This document shows, one piece after another, positions 1-9,807 of a stretch of 64,000 nucleotides of DNA. This stretch comes from Erysipelotrichaceae bacterium (GTDB taxonomy: Bacteria > Bacillota_I > Bacilli_A > RFN20 > DUOF01): positions 195,354 through 259,353 of the forward strand of contig SVBH01000001.1 in the NCBI GenBank assembly GCA_015058985.1. The letters are read 5' to 3'. A program made the translations under genes and the position numbers. The stretch's first letter is position 1; every line of letters begins with the position of its first letter. A model generated the notes under the pieces. That model saw only the letters and a list, made by a program, of their open reading frames with translations. It did not search any database and was not told where the DNA came from.

Positions 1-83
1 ATTTCTAGTTTTCATAATCTACCCCTCCCTTCAAAAGACAAATTACATTAGTTTTGCCACTAAACCAATTAAGTGTTTTTTAA

Positions 84-638
84 TTAATTTACTTGTTCAG
101 CTGTAATTGTTGCAGCTACAGTAATTGTTGCAGTTCCTGCTGTTCCTAATGCAGTGTGATCTCCTTCAAAAACCCATCTCCATTGGACAGTAGTTTCTTG
201 TGCATCACTACCAATAGCTAATTGAGTTTCTGGAACAACTGATAAAGTTGTACTAGCTGCAGCCCATTCTCCATCTCCAACTTTAAATTCAAGTGGAATA
301 TTTCCTGCATTTGTAATTGCTAAATCAATTTTGTATTTTGCAGTTACTTCTGAGTTGTTTTCAACAGTAAATGTGAATGATCCCTCAGTTCCAGGAGCAA
401 TAACTTTATCACTTCCTAAACTTTGAACATTAGCATCAGTATAATCAAATAGATTAAAATTAACTGTATTTGACCAATTTGCTCCTTGTAATTGAATATC
501 CCATTTTGCAACACGTGCAGTATCACTACCAGTAGATGATGATGCATACTTAGCAAATGTTGTACCTACAAAACTTGTACTCAATGCTACACATCCAAAT
601 AAGATAGCAAACAATTTTAAAAATTTACCTTTTTTCAT
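84..638 (-). CDS. Secreted protein with SipW-cognate-like signal peptide (TasA/camelysin-like candidate)
   Basis: N-terminal signal peptide followed by a GTTFAKY segment resembling the SipW-cognate class. It lies immediately downstream of, and co-oriented with, a SipW-type signal peptidase. Family assignment is inferred from context. Confidence 0.45.
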   Translation of the reverse strand: MKKGKFLKLFAILFGCVALSTSFVGTTFAKYASSSTGSDTARVAKWDIQLQGANWSNTVNFNLFDYTDANVQSLGSDKVIAPGTEGSFTFTVENNSEVTAKYKIDLAITNAGNIPLEFKVGDGEWAAASTTLSVVPETQLAIGSDAQETTVQWRWVFEGDHTALGTAGTATITVAATITAEQVN

Positions 639-701
639 AAGAATTTCCTCCCCATCTTTTTTATTTATATAAAATCTTGTGTGGCTAACAAGATTAAATA
701 C

Positions 702-1475
702 CTAATTTTCCTCTTTCTTAGTAGCTTTAGTAGAAGTTGTTTTTTTAGCAGTTGTAGTTTTCTTAACTGCTGCTTTTTCTTTTACCTCACTACTTTCTTT
801 CTTTATACTAGTTTTCTTGCTTGGTGTTTTATTTTTGCTTTCTTCAAGTTTCTTTTCTTCTAGTTCTTTCTCTTTCTTTAATCTTTCAATTTCCAATAAA
901 AGATTTTCTTTTTCTTCTTTGTTTTTCTTTTCTATTTTACTTTTGCGAACCAAATCAAATCCTAAAAATATAGCAAGAGGTACAATTATACAAATAATTA
1001 ACCCCTCTGTAGAAGATAAAAACAAAGCAACATGACCTAATTCATTTATTTTACTTTTATAAATTCCTATCAAAGCATCTTCAGATACTTTATGAGCATC
1101 TTCAACATTATTTGCATCACCTTTTGTAGTAAAATACAATTTTCCATCTCGAGTTTCAATTTCTTTTACTCTGTGTGTTAAAGTACTACTTCCATTACCT
1201 GCAGGATCATAAAAAGAAATAATATCCCCAACTTCTATTTTATTTGCCTTTGTTTTTTTAACAAAAATCAAATCTCCACTATCAATCTTAGGATACATTG
1301 AATCAGTTAAAACAACCATCGGTACTGTTTTTCCTATACTAGGAACTTCATCTTTATTAGTGTAACTTTTAACTATTAAAGTTAAATTAACAACTAAAAT
1401 AGGGACTAAAATTAAACACGTTAGTATTACTCCAATAATTCCCCATATATTTTTCTTTTTATTTGCTGTTTCCAA
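702..1475 (-). CDS. sipW: Signal peptidase I, SipW (archaeal/ER) type, with a long C-terminal K/E-rich tail
   Basis: N-terminal TM segment followed by the LTDSMYP serine motif block typical of the SipW/Sec11 subfamily. The C-terminal ~90 aa is an unusual charged coiled-coil plus Lys/Thr-rich tail. Confidence 0.7.
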   Translation of the reverse strand: METANKKKNIWGIIGVILTCLILVPILVVNLTLIVKSYTNKDEVPSIGKTVPMVVLTDSMYPKIDSGDLIFVKKTKANKIEVGDIISFYDPAGNGSSTLTHRVKEIETRDGKLYFTTKGDANNVEDAHKVSEDALIGIYKSKINELGHVALFLSSTEGLIICIIVPLAIFLGFDLVRKSKIEKKNKEEKENLLLEIERLKKEKELEEKKLEESKNKTPSKKTSIKKESSEVKEKAAVKKTTTAKKTTSTKATKKEEN

Positions 1476-1620
1476 TTAACATTCACCCCACAGAATATTA
1501 AACCTTGTATTTGAATTTATTTTATCACAAACTATATATAAAATAAACTAAATATTAATGTTATTAATATTAGTATAGAGATAATCCTCATTTTTAGATA
1601 TAATCAAAGAGGTGATCACA

Positions 1621-2334
1621 ATGAGACTTGATAAATTGCTTTCTTCATCAGGGTTAGGAACTAGAAAAGAAGTCAAAGAATTAATTAGAAAAAAACATGT
1701 TATCGTTAACAATAAAATCATTACAAATGACGATTTTAAAGTAGACGAAAATACTGACATTATTTTTGTCGATGGAGAGGAAATAAAATATCAAAAGTAC
1801 ATCTACATAATGTTAAATAAACCAGCGGGAGTCGTAAGCGCCACATTCGATTCAAAAGAAAAAACAGTCATCGACTTAGTATCTGAATATTCTCATTATG
1901 ATTTATTTCCTTTTGGAAGACTTGATAAAGACACTGAGGGATTACTTATTCTTTCTAACGATGGAAAATTAGCTCATAATTTGCTATCAAATAAAAAACA
2001 CGTAACAAAAAAATACTATGTAGAAGTTCTTGGAAAATTAAACGAAAACGATATCAACATATTCAAAGAAGGTATAACAATTGATGGAAATGAAAAGTGT
2101 TTACCTGCAGTATTAGAAATAATAGAATCAAACGAAAAATCACGATGTTTTGTTACTATTACAGAAGGAAAATACCATCAAGTAAAGAGAATGTTTGAAA
2201 CCCTTAAAAAACCTGTTATTTACCTAAAAAGAGTGGAATTTGGTAGCATTCATTTAGATTCTTCTTTATCACTAGGACAATATCGCCTATTAAAGGAAGA
2301 AGAATTAAATATTTTATTAAATAAAAAAAAGTAG
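1621..2334 (+). CDS. rRNA pseudouridine synthase, RsuA/RluB family (S4 domain plus PSU catalytic domain)
   Basis: S4 domain N-terminus (MRLDKLL..GLGTRKE), NKPAGVV and GRLDKDTEGLL catalytic motifs. RBS AGAGGTG lies 6 nt upstream of the ATG at 1621; the ORF track begins at an upstream GTG at 1612. Confidence 0.8.
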   Translation: MRLDKLLSSSGLGTRKEVKELIRKKHVIVNNKIITNDDFKVDENTDIIFVDGEEIKYQKYIYIMLNKPAGVVSATFDSKEKTVIDLVSEYSHYDLFPFGRLDKDTEGLLILSNDGKLAHNLLSNKKHVTKKYYVEVLGKLNENDINIFKEGITIDGNEKCLPAVLEIIESNEKSRCFVTITEGKYHQVKRMFETLKKPVIYLKRVEFGSIHLDSSLSLGQYRLLKEEELNILLNKKK

Positions 2335-2352
2335 GATTCCTACTTTTTTATT
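2322..2352. terminator. Bidirectional intrinsic terminator between rsuA-like and rlmH
   Basis: A-run, then stem aagtagg/cctactt with loop att, then T-run. It overlaps both stop codons. Confidence 0.6.
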
Positions 2353-2827
2353 TGTGATATATTTCATTATTATTGATTTTAAATGCTCTGTAAATTTGCT
2401 CCAATAATAAAAGTCTAGTCATTTGGTGAGTAAAAGTCATTTTAGATAAGCTAATACGCTTATTAACTTTTGCTCTTAATTCATCACTTGGCCCTAAAGA
2501 ACCTGAAATAATAAAGTTTATTTTAGATATACCATTATCAATACTTTTCTCCAAAAAAGAAGCAAATCCTTCAGAAGAAACTTCTTGGCCATAAACATCT
2601 AACAATACACTGTAATCATTACCTATTTTATCTAAAACTTTTTTACTCTCTTTTTCTTTAATTATCTTATCTAAAGAATCATTGCTATTTTCAAAAATCT
2701 TTTCATCTACAATTTCTATAATTTGAAAAGAAGCATATTTTGATAATCTTTTTAAATATTCATTTATACCTTCTAGTAAATACTTATCTTTAATTTTACC
2801 AACACAAACAAGATTAATTTTAACCAT
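2348..2827 (-). CDS. rlmH: 23S rRNA (pseudouridine1915-N3)-methyltransferase RlmH (SPOUT)
   Basis: N-terminus MVKINLVCVGKIKDKY is typical of YbeA/RlmH, and the 159-aa size fits. Its position after the htrA-like genes matches yydA in B. subtilis. Confidence 0.8.
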   Translation of the reverse strand: MVKINLVCVGKIKDKYLLEGINEYLKRLSKYASFQIIEIVDEKIFENSNDSLDKIIKEKESKKVLDKIGNDYSVLLDVYGQEVSSEGFASFLEKSIDNGISKINFIISGSLGPSDELRAKVNKRISLSKMTFTHQMTRLLLLEQIYRAFKINNNEIYHK

Positions 2828-2828
2828 A

Positions 2829-3995
2829 TTATTTAAGAGTTATGTTATAAGTTACCTCAATATCACTATTAATATAATGACCCTTAACCACAACAACTTC
2901 TCCTTCATTTTTACTAGCTAGATACATTTCCCACACTCCTTTAGAATTCATATTAATTCCATCAATAGATTCCACTACAAATTTACTAGACATTCCTGCA
3001 ATAGAAGCTGCACCTAATAAATTTATATGTCTTACATAAATTCCGCTTCTTTCAGAGTCGTTAATACCAAGAGCAGTTCTATCACTATTGCTCATCAATT
3101 TCAAATCTTCAATATAAGCAGAATCAATACCAATATCAGCAAACTCATAAGAACCATTTAAAATTAAATTATTTCCTACGTTTATTGCGGTTGTAATAGG
3201 GATAGCATAATTAATACCAGTGGTAATGATAGTAGAATCATTTTCACTAGAAACAGTTCTTCCACCTTGAACCATGCCCACTAAATCACCATTACCATTA
3301 AATAATCCACCACCACTATTTCCAGGATTAACAGCAGCATCAATTTGAATTGGATAATAAACACCTAAATTAGAACTAGTAAAATCTACCTTAGTATTAT
3401 ATAAATTTGAAATAGATCCAAATGAAGCACTAAAAGCATGGTCAGTCCCTAAAGGCGAACCAATTGCAAAAATGGCATCTCCAATATCAATATCAGTAAA
3501 AGAATTTTTTACAATAGGTAATTCATAACTACCTTCAATTGCACTTTTATCCACCTTAATTACCGCCACATCAATTCCAGTAGCAGCGCCAACTAAAGTC
3601 CCACTAACTTTTTTATAATTACTCAATATAATTTCAATATGATTATGGAATAAACTATAAGTACTAGATTTAATAGCAACAACATGTCTATTAGTTAATA
3701 TATAAGCATAAGTATCATCTATTTTGTAAATAATACCACTTCCAGAGGAAGAAGAACCTGCTTTAACCCCTGTAGAAGAAGATAAAACAGTAACAACGCT
3801 TTTTACCGCTTTTTCATAAGATGCAGAATAGGTAGTAGGCAAATCAAAAGCGTAATCCATTGAAACAGATCCAGAATTACAATACATTTTTTTATTACAA
3901 TCTTTCCCCATTACAATTGATCCTACACTTAAACAACACCCTGTTGTAACAAAAGAAAGTAATATTAATATCCATAATTTACATATTTTTTTCAT
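2829..3995 (-). CDS. HtrA-like trypsin-fold serine protease with C-terminal PDZ-like region (catalytic triad intact)
   Basis: His motif ILTNRHVV, Asp motif DVAVIKV and Ser motif GNSGGGLF are all present. The N-terminal signal/lipobox-like segment ends in TTGC. Confidence 0.75.
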   Translation of the reverse strand: MKKICKLWILILLSFVTTGCCLSVGSIVMGKDCNKKMYCNSGSVSMDYAFDLPTTYSASYEKAVKSVVTVLSSSTGVKAGSSSSGSGIIYKIDDTYAYILTNRHVVAIKSSTYSLFHNHIEIILSNYKKVSGTLVGAATGIDVAVIKVDKSAIEGSYELPIVKNSFTDIDIGDAIFAIGSPLGTDHAFSASFGSISNLYNTKVDFTSSNLGVYYPIQIDAAVNPGNSGGGLFNGNGDLVGMVQGGRTVSSENDSTIITTGINYAIPITTAINVGNNLILNGSYEFADIGIDSAYIEDLKLMSNSDRTALGINDSERSGIYVRHINLLGAASIAGMSSKFVVESIDGINMNSKGVWEMYLASKNEGEVVVVKGHYINSDIEVTYNITLK

Positions 3996-4008
3996 TGTCT
4001 ACACCTCC

Positions 4009-5037
4009 TTAACCTTTTATGTAATAAGTTTCTGTACTGCCATTAGTCTTTCTAGCAGTAACCTTTATTATAGTTCTCTCATTATACTTATACATTTCAC
4101 TAACAAGTTCAGATAAAGTTTCTACTCTTTTACCATTAATCTTAGTAATAACATAATCAGTACCTATTCCACTCAAAGAAGCATTATTCTTAACAGCAGT
4201 TATAATGGTTCCACGATTAATATTCAATTTCAAATGTTTTTGTTTTTCTATTGATAAATCTTCTATTCTATCAATATATAATCCTAAATCAGCTCTACTT
4301 AAATCATGCTTCAAAATCCTATTCAAAAATACATTTATATCATTTGATAACGTTCCATGGTACAACTCATCACCATTTTCTAAATCTGAAACAGGATTAT
4401 ACATTGAAACCATCCCAACTACGTAACCATAAGCATTAAAAATTGGCCCTCCTTGAGAAAAAGAAGAAAGTTCAGAATCAATCAACATCAAGTTCGTGCA
4501 ATCATATAAATATTTATTTTTACAATAAACAACATCTGTTTTAGAAACAAAAGTTTGTTCCTTTGAAAACACAGGAACATTAACATTAGCATTGTTTAAA
4601 TCCGTTCCCACTAAGCCTACATAAAAGATATATTCTCCATTACGCAAATAACTAGAAGATGCCATTTTTAAAACAGGAGCGTCATATAAAGATCTATCAA
4701 ATTTAAATACTGCTAAATCGATTGTTTCATCAGCTCCCACTAATTCAATATCTAAATTTGTATTTCCAAAGTGGGCTTTCTTTACATATCCAGAGCTAGA
4801 CGTTACATAACTACTAGCAATATAAGAATATTTTTTATCCTGATGGATAATATAAGTTGTAGAGATATGTCTAACGTTGCTATTAGAACTTAAAGTTATA
4901 TATCCAACACTACCAACAATATCTTCATAAGAATAAGTTTCAAACTTTTCTTCGCCTTTTAAAACCTCTGCAGAAGAAAAAAAGGAAACATGCAAGCATA
5001 GCAATAAAACAAAAATAACTATTCTTTTTATTCTCAT
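4009..5037 (-). CDS. HtrA-like paralog, probable pseudoprotease (catalytic Ser replaced by Gln)
   Basis: DLAVFKF (Asp) is conserved, but the Ser box reads FSQGGPIF where the active paralog has GNSGGGLF. The His motif is also divergent. It has a signal peptide. Confidence 0.6.
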   Translation of the reverse strand: MRIKRIVIFVLLLCLHVSFFSSAEVLKGEEKFETYSYEDIVGSVGYITLSSNSNVRHISTTYIIHQDKKYSYIASSYVTSSSGYVKKAHFGNTNLDIELVGADETIDLAVFKFDRSLYDAPVLKMASSSYLRNGEYIFYVGLVGTDLNNANVNVPVFSKEQTFVSKTDVVYCKNKYLYDCTNLMLIDSELSSFSQGGPIFNAYGYVVGMVSMYNPVSDLENGDELYHGTLSNDINVFLNRILKHDLSRADLGLYIDRIEDLSIEKQKHLKLNINRGTIITAVKNNASLSGIGTDYVITKINGKRVETLSELVSEMYKYNERTIIKVTARKTNGSTETYYIKG

Positions 5038-5053
5038 TTTAATTTCCTCCCTT

Positions 5054-5815
5054 CTAAACTTCTACGAAATTCAAATCAGTAATTTCATATTGATCAGCAA
5101 CCTTTACATTAATATTACTTAAATCAACATTGTTTTTTTTACAAACCTTATAAAAAGTTTCTAACGCAACCTCTTTACTATTTGCTTCTTGACTGACATG
5201 AGCCAATATTACATCTTTAGTTTCATTCGTAATAATTTTAGAAAGAACAAACGATGCATCTTCATTAGACATATGACCCACATCAGAAACAATTCTTTGC
5301 TTTAAATACATTGGTCTTTTTGTATTCATCAACATTCTAACATTATGATTACTTTCAAAAATATAATAATTAGCCCCAAATATATAAGATACAATCTTAC
5401 TACTTATATATCCTGTATCAGTAATATAAACTAAAACTTCCTCACTATATTCAATTCGATAACCAAAGCAAGTACCACTATCATGTGATAAAGGTAAAGG
5501 AACAATTTTACAATCTAAAATATTATATTCTTTAAAAGCTTCTAATTTATTTTCTTTTCTAACATTATAGATGATTGAACCACCATATATTTTTTTATTT
5601 TCGAAATGATTTATGGATTTAATATGATCATTATGATCATGAGTTATTAAAATAGCTTCAATATCATCACAAGAATAACCTAAATCATCAAGTTTTGATT
5701 CTAATTCTGAAACTGTTATTCCAACATCAATTACTAACAATTTACCGTTTATATCTATAATAGCGCAATTACCCTTAGAACCACTAGCAAGCACATAATA
5801 CTTCATCTTCATCAT
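5054..5815 (-). CDS. MBL-fold metallo-hydrolase, WalJ/YycJ-like
   Basis: HxHxDH motif (ITHDHNDH). Its position between the replicative helicase and the htrA-like gene matches yycJ. Confidence 0.75.
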   Translation of the reverse strand: MMKMKYYVLASGSKGNCAIIDINGKLLVIDVGITVSELESKLDDLGYSCDDIEAILITHDHNDHIKSINHFENKKIYGGSIIYNVRKENKLEAFKEYNILDCKIVPLPLSHDSGTCFGYRIEYSEEVLVYITDTGYISSKIVSYIFGANYYIFESNHNVRMLMNTKRPMYLKQRIVSDVGHMSNEDASFVLSKIITNETKDVILAHVSQEANSKEVALETFYKVCKKNNVDLSNINVKVADQYEITDLNFVEV

Positions 5816-5872
5816 CTTCCTTATTTTTTATTTTATCTTAAAAAGACTATATAAGATAGTCTTTAATTGTTT

Positions 5873-7222
5873 TTATCCATTATTATCGTTAGTTTTATCG
5901 TAATCGGAGAATTTACCAATTTGTTTTAAAAATACCAAATTCAATTTTCCAGTAGGACCATTTCTGTGTTTTGCTAAATTAAGTTCAACAACGCTACTTT
6001 CAACGTTAGCGTCCTCTTTCTTGTTATAATAGTCATCACGATAAATAAACATTACAATATCAGCATCCTGTTCAATAGAACCTGATTCTCTCAAATCTGA
6101 TAACATAGGCCTTTTATCTTCTCTTTTTTCAACACTTCTCGATAATTGAGAAAGTGCAATAATAGGAACTCCTAAGTCTCTTGCAAGTGCCTTTACTTTT
6201 CTAGAAATTTCAGAAACCTCATTTTGTCTACTATCACCATTTCCTTTTGAAGGAGTAGTAATAAGTTGCATATAGTCAATAACGATAAGGCCCAAATCAT
6301 CGTACATTCCTTTTAATTTTCTAGCTTTGGCTTCTAAATCCGATATTTTAATACCCGCAGTATCATCAATAAATAATTTTGCGTTAGCTAATTCTTTTGT
6401 TGCTGTATCAATTTTTATAAAATCTTTATCGGTTAAATTCATTGATCTAATTTTATCGCCAATAACGCCTGATTTATTACTTAATAATCTTTGCATTAAT
6501 TGCTCGGCAGGCATCTCAAGAGAAAAGACTGCAACAGTTATTCCGCCTTTTAAAGCTGCATTGATAGCAAAATTTAAAGCTAACGCTGTCTTACCAACAG
6601 ATGGACGAGCAGCTAAAATAATCATATCTCCTTTTTGGAAACCTTGTGTTTTTTTATCTAAATCCACAAAACCACTTGTAACGCCCGTTAACCCACCTGT
6701 ACTTCTAGCGCTATTAGTCATCGCCATTTTTACACGATCAAGCACTTGGGCAGCAGATTCAAATTCACCAACTTGTCTACTTCTAACTATTGACAAGAAT
6801 TCAGTTTCTAATTGACTAACATAATCATCCACATCGTTAACTGTTTCTGTTTCCCAGTTTTTTTCTAAATCTCCTGCAAACCTAAGCAATCGTCTTATTA
6901 AGGTTTTATCTTTTAAAATTTTGATATATTGCTCAATATTAATAGAAGAAATCGCAATCTCTTTTAAAGAAATTAAATATTCAATTCCTCCAATCTTTTC
7001 TAAAGATAAACTTAATTTTAATTCTTCAACTAAAGTAGTTAAGTCAACATCCATATTTTTTTCATTTACATCTAACATTTTCTGAAAAATGATTTTATGC
7101 TCAGGCACATAAAAATCTTCTTCAAGCAATTTTGTAGAAGCCATAATGAAAGAGTCTTTAGAAGACATCATTGCTCCTAACACAGACTGTTCAACGTTAA
7201 TACTATATGACTTTTCTTCCAT
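5873..7222 (-). CDS. dnaB: Replicative DNA helicase DnaB (dnaC in B. subtilis nomenclature)
   Basis: Walker A ARPSVGKT and RecA-like helicase motifs. It is adjacent to rplI as in B. subtilis. Confidence 0.9.
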   Translation of the reverse strand: MEEKSYSINVEQSVLGAMMSSKDSFIMASTKLLEEDFYVPEHKIIFQKMLDVNEKNMDVDLTTLVEELKLSLSLEKIGGIEYLISLKEIAISSINIEQYIKILKDKTLIRRLLRFAGDLEKNWETETVNDVDDYVSQLETEFLSIVRSRQVGEFESAAQVLDRVKMAMTNSARSTGGLTGVTSGFVDLDKKTQGFQKGDMIILAARPSVGKTALALNFAINAALKGGITVAVFSLEMPAEQLMQRLLSNKSGVIGDKIRSMNLTDKDFIKIDTATKELANAKLFIDDTAGIKISDLEAKARKLKGMYDDLGLIVIDYMQLITTPSKGNGDSRQNEVSEISRKVKALARDLGVPIIALSQLSRSVEKREDKRPMLSDLRESGSIEQDADIVMFIYRDDYYNKKEDANVESSVVELNLAKHRNGPTGKLNLVFLKQIGKFSDYDKTNDNNG

Positions 7223-7234
7223 TTTGCATCCCTC

Positions 7235-7687
7235 CTATTTTTCGGACACATGAACTTTTATTGTTCCAATTACACCTTTAAATAATTCTATTTTTAACAA
7301 ATGAGTTCCAAAACAAGTTAACCCATTAACATCAATAAACTTTCTCTTATCAATCTCAATATTAAATTGCTTTTTCATTTCTTCTTCAATCTGTTTAGTT
7401 GAAATAGCACCATACATTTTTCCTTTATCTCCCGCCTTAGCAGACAATTCCAAACATAAAGATTCTAATTTTTTGGATAACTCAATAGCAGCTTCCTTTT
7501 GTAATCTTAATTCCTCTGCTCTTTGTTCATCTTGTTTATCCTTAATTTCTAAACTAGTTTTAGTAGCAAGAACAGCTAACTTTCTAGGTATAAGAAAATT
7601 AGCACCATAACCATCAGAAACATTAACAATTTGTCCCTTTTTTCCAACTGATTTTACATCTTGCAATAAAATAACTTTCATAATCAA
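7235..7687 (-). CDS. rplI: 50S ribosomal protein L9
   Basis: MKVILLQDVK..GKKGQIV..NFLIP signature. The likely true start is the third Met, at 7681. Confidence 0.9.
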   Translation of the reverse strand: MIMKVILLQDVKSVGKKGQIVNVSDGYGANFLIPRKLAVLATKTSLEIKDKQDEQRAEELRLQKEAAIELSKKLESLCLELSAKAGDKGKMYGAISTKQIEEEMKKQFNIEIDKRKFIDVNGLTCFGTHLLKIELFKGVIGTIKVHVSEK

Positions 7688-7692
7688 ACCTC

Positions 7693-9678
7693 CTATTGTT
7701 CTATTCTACTATCCCCAATATAAACTTCTAATACTTTAAGAAGTTCATTTTTAACTTCTTCAATAGTTGTGTCTTCTCTTTGAGTGGCAGCAGCACTAAA
7801 GTGTCCGCCTCCACCTAATTTTTCCATAATCAATGCCACGTTATTAGCACCATCACTTCTAGCGCTAATTCCAACATGATCAATACCAATTCTACCTATA
7901 ACAAAGATAGTTCTAATGCCTTTAATATATAAAGCTTCTTGAGCTACTTTAGCCAATGTGGCCCTATCAATAATATCTTCCTCACTAGCGGTCGTTACAA
8001 TAACCCCATAATATGGAGTCGTTGCATTAGACATAATTTTATTTTTCAAAATATATTCTTCATATTCATCTTTTAAAAACTCTAATGCTAAAGCATGATC
8101 AGCATTATACTCTTTCAAAATCATAGAAGCATCATAAGTTCTTGTTCCCGTTCTATAACGATAATTATTAGTATCTAACAAAATACCTGTTAACATCATC
8201 GTAGCAGCTTCTGAAGAAAGAACAATCTTTCTATCATCATATCTAATCATTTCTGTAATAATCTCACTAGCAGAAGATGCAGAACTTTCTTGGTAAGAGA
8301 ATATTTGAGTATCCAATTTTTCTGCAGCACGATGATGATCAATTACTACAATCTTTGTTGCTTTTTCAACTACATTAGGAGCCATAGAAGTCATCTTTTG
8401 ACTTACATCGACCAAAACCACTAAGGTATCTTTATCCATCAACTCCAAAGCTTTATTAGGACTAACGGTCATCTTATCAATAGTTTGCTTATCATATAAT
8501 TGTCTAAAAGCCGTTCTAGTTTTAAGTTCCACTAATTTATCATCATATATTATTTTTACAGGTTTTCCTGTTGCTTCAACCATTGCATAAGCTCCTAAAG
8601 ATGCTCCCAATGCATCAAAGTCAGCATCCCTATGTCCCATAATTAAAACATTAGAGCTATTTTCAAAAATAGTCATCAATGATTTAGACATAACTTTAAT
8701 CTTAACTCTATGTCTTTTTGTCTTAGCTTCAGTTTTACCTCCATAGAATTCCATATTTTGACCACTGTTACTTACAACAGTTTGATCTCCGCCTCTACTT
8801 AAGGCAACATCCAAAGCATTATTAGCCATCTCAGATAAAATATTAAAATCTCTTTCTCCTCTTGCAACGCCAATACTCAAAGTAAATCCATTTTCATCAG
8901 TTTCACAAGCTTTTCTTACTTCATCAACTACAGAAAAATTATCTTCCAAAATATTTTGATAATCTTTTTCTAAGCAATAACAGAAATAAGCATCTGTACG
9001 ATATCTTTTGATCATTACATTATATTTTTCTGCCCATTCACTAATTATGGTTCTCACTTTAGAATCCATTTCTAAAACAGAGTTTTCTTCTACTAACATC
9101 GCAACTTCAGAATAGTTATCAATAACAATATTTAAAAGAACAGGAGCTTCTTCTTTATAAGAAACTGATAAATTATGGTAATCAGTAATATCTTGAATTA
9201 TTAAAACCTTTATCTCCTTTAAATGCTTACACTTATAAATTCTTCCATCTATAGTGATATTCATAATCTTTTTATCATCTTCGATAATTTCTTCAAGTTC
9301 ACTTTTCCAATTCAAAAGTTTCATTCCAATAATATTTATATTTCTTTCTTCCAATAAATCACTAGTCCAAATAACTTCTTTATTTTCATCATAGGTTATC
9401 ATTCCAATTTGACCAAAGAAATAAGATTGTTTAGTATCATTTCCAATTACCTTAGCGATTTTTAAATAATTCTTTTTAGACTTATAATCTAAACTAAGGA
9501 AAGACAAAAATAAATAAACCCCATTTAAAACTACTACAAAAGTTAAAAGTGCAACAAAAACTTCAAAAGAAACATCTCTTATAAATGAATCATAAATATA
9601 AGTGCCAATTACAATCAACACTTCTATCGTGAATATAATAAAACTTCTATTTTTTAGTTTTTTTAATATCTCTATCAT
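7693..9678 (-). CDS. gdpP: Cyclic-di-AMP phosphodiesterase GdpP (TM + PAS + degenerate GGDEF + DHH/DHHA1)
   Basis: Two N-terminal TM helices, a DHH motif (VIDHHR) and a DHHA1 GGGGH motif. It sits between rplI and the rpsF operon, as yybT does. Confidence 0.85.
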   Translation of the reverse strand: MIEILKKLKNRSFIIFTIEVLIVIGTYIYDSFIRDVSFEVFVALLTFVVVLNGVYLFLSFLSLDYKSKKNYLKIAKVIGNDTKQSYFFGQIGMITYDENKEVIWTSDLLEERNINIIGMKLLNWKSELEEIIEDDKKIMNITIDGRIYKCKHLKEIKVLIIQDITDYHNLSVSYKEEAPVLLNIVIDNYSEVAMLVEENSVLEMDSKVRTIISEWAEKYNVMIKRYRTDAYFCYCLEKDYQNILEDNFSVVDEVRKACETDENGFTLSIGVARGERDFNILSEMANNALDVALSRGGDQTVVSNSGQNMEFYGGKTEAKTKRHRVKIKVMSKSLMTIFENSSNVLIMGHRDADFDALGASLGAYAMVEATGKPVKIIYDDKLVELKTRTAFRQLYDKQTIDKMTVSPNKALELMDKDTLVVLVDVSQKMTSMAPNVVEKATKIVVIDHHRAAEKLDTQIFSYQESSASSASEIITEMIRYDDRKIVLSSEAATMMLTGILLDTNNYRYRTGTRTYDASMILKEYNADHALALEFLKDEYEEYILKNKIMSNATTPYYGVIVTTASEEDIIDRATLAKVAQEALYIKGIRTIFVIGRIGIDHVGISARSDGANNVALIMEKLGGGGHFSAAATQREDTTIEEVKNELLKVLEVYIGDSRIEQ

Positions 9679-9807
9679 ACTATCCCTCTTTGTCTTTTTT
9701 TATTATACAATATAATAAAAATATATTCATTAAGAAAAAATTTTTTCATTTCCACAAAATCTATAATTAATCTAGATAATTAAAATATCAAAAATTATAA
9801 TGAACAT

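Noticed and set aside
681-1035. Two + strand ORFs (681-863, 817-1035) opposite the SipW tail region
   Set aside because: They are antisense to the K/E-rich tail-coding repeat, and their translations are poly-F/S/L artefacts.
1548-1760. 70-aa minus-strand ORF overlapping the rsuA-like promoter and start
   Set aside because: It overlaps a better-supported gene start and the divergent promoter region, and has no RBS.
6327-6815. 162-aa plus-strand ORF inside the dnaB helicase gene, and similar antisense ORFs (13783-14133 in the Clp gene, 17360-17551, 20430-20651, 29773-30003, 31222-31455, 53160-53465, 54386-54643, 55451-55798, 59909-60091, 63409-63642)
   Set aside because: They are embedded antisense in well-supported conserved genes. 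Their Ser/Phe/Leu-rich low-complexity translations are typical of the reverse frame in AT-rich DNA.
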